A stretch of 1,289 nucleotides of DNA, from assembly GCA_000004985.1 (NCBI GenBank), contig GG739453.1; one strand, 5' to 3'. Position numbers and translations under genes: made by a program. Of this stretch, positions 1-1,289 are shown piece by piece (the stretch's first letter is position 1; each line of letters begins with the position of its first letter). The DNA is from Naegleria gruberi. Lineage: Eukaryota. Under the pieces are notes generated by a model. That model was not told the origin of the DNA. It did no database searches and worked only from the letters and a program-made list of their open reading frames with translations.

Positions 1-112
1 TAAATGCAACTACTTTTTCTCCTTTAGCCATATCATCTATTACATAACCTATGTATCAACCTTGAACATACAACCCATATCTTCTTGTTGAATAGTATAT
101 TTTGGAGTTTGT

Positions 113-268
113 TCAGATACCATGATCAAATACAATATCTTAAATTGGTGGCAATAAACCAGAGTTGATAATTTCAGTTGATAGTTGGTTGCTTTTGAAC
201 CAGTTAATGCTGGTAAGTCCTTCTGTTCCTCCTTCATACTTGTACTGCACCTTAAAAAATTCCATCAA
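113..268 (-). other. Possible continuation of the same frame beyond TAA 271-269, LMEFFKVQYKYEGGTEGLTSINWFKSNQLSTEIINSGLLPPI-TAA-DIVFDHGI, ending at TGA 115-113. Real only if TAA is decoded as an amino acid. Otherwise this is 3' UTR.
   Basis: 51 codons with one TAA (142-140) and no TGA or TAG. Off-frame stops on this strand are concentrated in a single frame (5, 0 and 1 across the three frames), as expected for coding sequence. Confidence 0.25.
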
Positions 269-1044
269 TTAAAGGTTCTGTAAGCTTTGGAATGTCTGCT
301 TAAATTCTCTAAAGTATTCAAATTCAGATTCTCCTTCAAAACCACCATAATACGTGGTATGAATGATAATACTGTCATTGTCTGCAAACTGTTCTACTGA
401 AACATCTACAAAAGCAGGATCTACAGTTTTGGAAATTACTTCAACTGGTTCACCAATTTTACCATCTGAGTTTACAAGAGTAACGACACTTGAGTTTTTT
501 TACCAACCTGATCTTCTCCTGGAATAGTTTCTCTCAGAGCTTCATTAACCAACTTGAAAATACCATCTTCCTCAACTAACCATTGGAAGGTACATTCTCC
601 CTCAATACCATTTGGCTTTTGAAATGGAAACACCCTCTAACAGGGGTGTAGGAAAGAACCAAATATTGGCATAGTCAGAACTTTCAATCTTGTAGGATTT
701 ACCAGTTCCAACAATTGGAGCATCTTCAATATGATCTGATGGATCAGCAACCTTATTATGTGTCAAAAAGAACTGGCATGTAATTCAAGAAGGATAAATT
801 CTCGATATTGTTTGAACTTAAATCCAAAACTCTCAACAATGGAAATTCAACTTGAATATTTAAAGATTTTGGTCGTTCTCCATTTCTTATGGCATACACA
901 TATTCATAACCAAAGAGTTCATTGAGGTCAAACGTTCCCAACTCGGTATTGCTAATATTTAATTTCTTGTTTGGTGTAAATTTCCATGATCAAGCATACA
1001 GTTTCGGCTGTTTTTACTTGAGATGAAGTAGCAATTTTCTTCAT
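269..1044 (-). CDS. Interrupted protein-coding gene for a hypothetical leucine-rich-repeat (LRR) protein of about 235-255 aa. Start is ATG 1044-1042, stop is TAA 271-269 (standard code). Four internal frame changes, from introns or indels.
   Basis: Minus-strand translation gives five consecutive stop-free segments with coding-like codon usage (GAA, GGT, GTA, GAT, AAG, ACC, TTC, CCA). The ATG at 1044-1042 is the first ATG after in-frame TAA 1065-1063. The terminal stop is TAA 271-269. An LRR consensus is matched exactly in the middle segment. Frame continuity needs four shifts, so the exact exon structure is unresolved. Confidence 0.5.
272..500 (-). CDS. Segment 5 (C-terminal). Translation is (K)NSSVVTLVNSDGKIGEPVEVISKTVDPAFVDVSVEQFADNDSIIIHTTYYGGFEGESEFEYFREFKQTFQSLQNL, then TAA 271-269.
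   Basis: 76 stop-free codons. G-rich first codon position (about 47%). Clearly protein-like. Ends at TAA 271-269. Confidence 0.6.
466..503 (-). other. Candidate 38-nt intron, GTAAAAAAACTCAAGTGTCGTTACTCTTGTAAACTCAG on the minus strand. It would join ...ETIPGEDQV to DGKIGEPVEV...
   Basis: GT at 503-502 and AG at 467-466. Length satisfies the frame change. Its 5' end is GTAAAAA, like the 966..1017 candidate. Alternative: a +1 or -2 indel in the A7/T7 run 495-501. Confidence 0.25.
495..501. repeat. T7 homopolymer (A7 on the coding strand), exactly at a reading-frame discontinuity.
   Basis: Read directly, gagtttttttacc. Frames on either side differ by one base. Confidence 0.9.
502..636 (-). CDS. 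Segment 4. Translation is VFPFQKPNGIEGECTFQWLVEEDGIFKLVNEALRETIPGEDQVG.
   Basis: Open from TGA 765-763 down past 502. Convincing coding codons and peptide. Runs into the T7/A7 homopolymer at 495-501, where the frame must change. Confidence 0.5.
631..648. other. GC-rich inverted repeat CACCC-tctaacag-GGGTG. Potential 5-bp-stem hairpin in an otherwise AT-rich stretch.
   Basis: CACCC at 631-635 and GGGTG at 644-648 are exact reverse complements. Local GC spike. Overlaps a frame-change point. Confidence 0.4.
635..659 (-). other. Candidate 25-nt intron, GTTCTTTCCTACACCCCTGTTAGAG on the minus strand. It would join ...SSDYANIW to VFPFQKPNGIEGE... A 31-nt alternative is 601..631.
   Basis: GT at 659-658 and AG at 636-635. 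Length satisfies the frame change. It contains the GC-rich inverted repeat. Alternative: one extra C in the C4/G4 run 643-646. Confidence 0.2.
641..757 (-). CDS. Segment 3. Translation is NKVADPSDHIEDAPIVGTGKSYKIESSDYANIWFFPTPL... in the frame with codons 758-760, 755-757 and so on.
   Basis: Open from TGA 787-785 to TGA 604-602. Codon usage (GCT GAT CCA ATT GTT GGA ACT GGT AAG) is more coding-like than the alternative open frame over the same bases. Confidence 0.45.
752..773 (-). other. Candidate 22-nt intron, GTTCTTTTTGACACATAATAAG on the minus strand. It would join ...NLSFLNYMP to VADPSDHIEDAPIVGTGK...
   Basis: GT at 773-772 and AG at 753-752. It removes the tandem TAA TAA. Length satisfies the frame change. 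Alternative: one extra base in the T5/A5 run 765-769. Confidence 0.25.
759..989 (-). CDS. Segment 2, LRR region. Translation is SWKFTPNKKLNISNTELGTFDLNELFGYEYVYAIRNGERPKSLNIQVEFPLLRVLDLSSNNIENLSFLNYMPVLFDT.
   Basis: Same frame as the supplied ORF 756..941, extended upstream to TGA 992-990. Codons 839..786 encode LLRVLDLSSNNIENLSFL, an exact fit to LxxLxLxxNxIxxLxxL. The frame ends in tandem TAA TAA at 758-753. Confidence 0.6.
966..1017 (-). other. Candidate 52-nt intron, GTAAAAACAG...CAAACAAG on the minus strand. It would join MKKIATSSQ to KLNISNTELGTFDLNEL.
   Basis: GT at 1017-1016 and AG at 967-966. Length restores the frame (segment 1 to segment 2). A 34-nt alternative is 966..999, GTATGC...CAAG. 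Confidence 0.25.
991..1044 (-). CDS. Segment 1 (N-terminus). Translation is MKKIATSSQVKTAETVCL... The frame hits TAG at 954-952, so it must change before 966.
   Basis: ATG preceded 7 codons upstream by in-frame TAA. The frame is open from 1062 to 955. The downstream LRR frame starts only below TGA 992-990. Confidence 0.35.
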
Positions 1045-1289
1045 AGGAGATTCCGCATCTTCTTAGATCCTGATATTATCAAGAAGGTAAAACAACGTTT
1101 TGCATTAAGAATGAAACAAACCTTGTGGTGCAACTGTTGGAGGCATTTTTTCTTAGTGTTACACAGTAAATTTATTTAGTCTGAGGTTGTGTGTTTTGTG
1201 TAAGTGTATGGCCAAACTTTTCAAAGAAACAGAACAGGTACCTTGAAAAGATTACAATAATAATCAGGTGTCCTTTAACTCTTTAAAGC
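1045..1289 (-). promoter_or_regulatory. Putative 5' flank and promoter region of the minus-strand gene. No element defined. A TATA-like ATAATAT lies at 1079-1073 on the minus strand, about 30 nt upstream of the ATG.
   Basis: Lies upstream of the proposed ATG. The upstream frame contains three TAA/TAG within 40 codons, so coding is unlikely. No long ORF on either strand. The TATA-like element is too close to the ATG unless the 5' UTR is extremely short. Confidence 0.15.
1185..1211. repeat. Imperfect GT-rich (TG)n-like low-complexity tract, CA-rich on the minus strand, in the 5' flank of the gene.
   Basis: ggttgtgtgttttgtgtaagtgtatgg, almost entirely G and T. Confidence 0.5.

Noticed and set aside
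601-762. Second open frame over the same bases (HIIRLLIHQIILKMLQLLELVNPTRLKVLTMPIFGSFLHPCQRVF...)
   Set aside because: It is also stop-free, but it uses poorer codons (ATA ATA AGG CTG) and gives a less protein-like peptide than the alternative frame (NKVADPSDHIEDAPIVGTGKSYKIE...). It is probably the out-of-frame shadow of segment 3, though the exact switch point between 660 and 600 remains uncertain.
466-1017. Programmed ribosomal frameshifting as the cause of the frame changes
   Set aside because: Four shifts of mixed direction in one 250-aa gene is implausible for programmed frameshifting. Only one site (A7 at 495-501) resembles a slippery sequence, and the others have none.
1185-1211. Telomere or telomere-proximal repeat (CA-rich on minus strand)
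   Set aside because: No tandem C4A2, C4A4 or C3A3 units. It is just an imperfect (TG)n-like low-complexity stretch of 27 nt in the middle of unique sequence.
1-1289. Plus-strand genes
   Set aside because: All three plus-strand frames are densely interrupted by stops. Nothing on the plus strand is protein-like, and the track lists no plus-strand ORF.
1-1289. Prokaryotic origin (operon-style annotation with RBS, promoter, terminator)
   Set aside because: Only two short ORFs appear under the bacterial table despite clearly coding-like sequence. The gene requires frame changes. There is no Shine-Dalgarno upstream of the ATG at 1044 and no rho-independent terminator hairpin with a T-run downstream of either stop. 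Eukaryotic gene structure fits better.
1-1289. tRNA, rRNA, CRISPR or transposon termini
   Set aside because: No GC-rich cloverleaf-capable 70-90-nt stretch, no direct-repeat and spacer periodicity, and no terminal inverted repeats or target-site duplications were visible. The only inverted repeat is the 5-bp stem at 631-648.

Overview
The window is AT-rich (roughly one third GC) and has no long standard-code ORF on the plus strand. Two minus-strand ORFs of about 60 aa appear in the supplied track. Hand translation of the minus strand shows one protein-coding gene spanning roughly 1044 down to 269. It begins at ATG 1044-1042, which is the first ATG after an in-frame TAA at 1065-1063, and it ends at TAA 271-269. 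Reading it requires four changes of reading frame, near 1017-966, 773-752, 660-632 and 503-466. Each segment between those points is free of stops, uses coding-like codons, and translates to a globular-looking peptide. The N-terminal part carries a textbook leucine-rich-repeat motif, LLRVLDLSSNNIENLSFL. The C-terminal part of about 130 aa is unrecognised. The frame changes could be very short GT..AG introns, for which candidates of 52, 22, 25 or 31, and 38 nt exist. Two candidates start GTAAAAA(AA)C and two start GTTCTTTYY.ACAC. Alternatively they could be single-base homopolymer indels (a T5 run, C4 run and A7 run lie at three of the four sites), meaning sequencing error or a young pseudogene. 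I cannot tell these apart from the sequence alone. There is also a weaker alternative of a ciliate-type genetic code, in which TAA/TAG encode Gln and TGA is the only stop. The frame that ends at TAA 271-269 stays open and protein-like for another 51 codons down to TGA 115-113, with a single further TAA. Against this, there are no in-frame TAA/TAG codons among about 245 upstream codons that contain 8 CAA/CAG Gln codons. I see no RNA genes, CRISPR array, mobile element or prokaryotic signal. The most likely origin is an AT-rich eukaryote, lineage undetermined. All coordinates, frames and peptides below come from manual translation and should be re-derived computationally.
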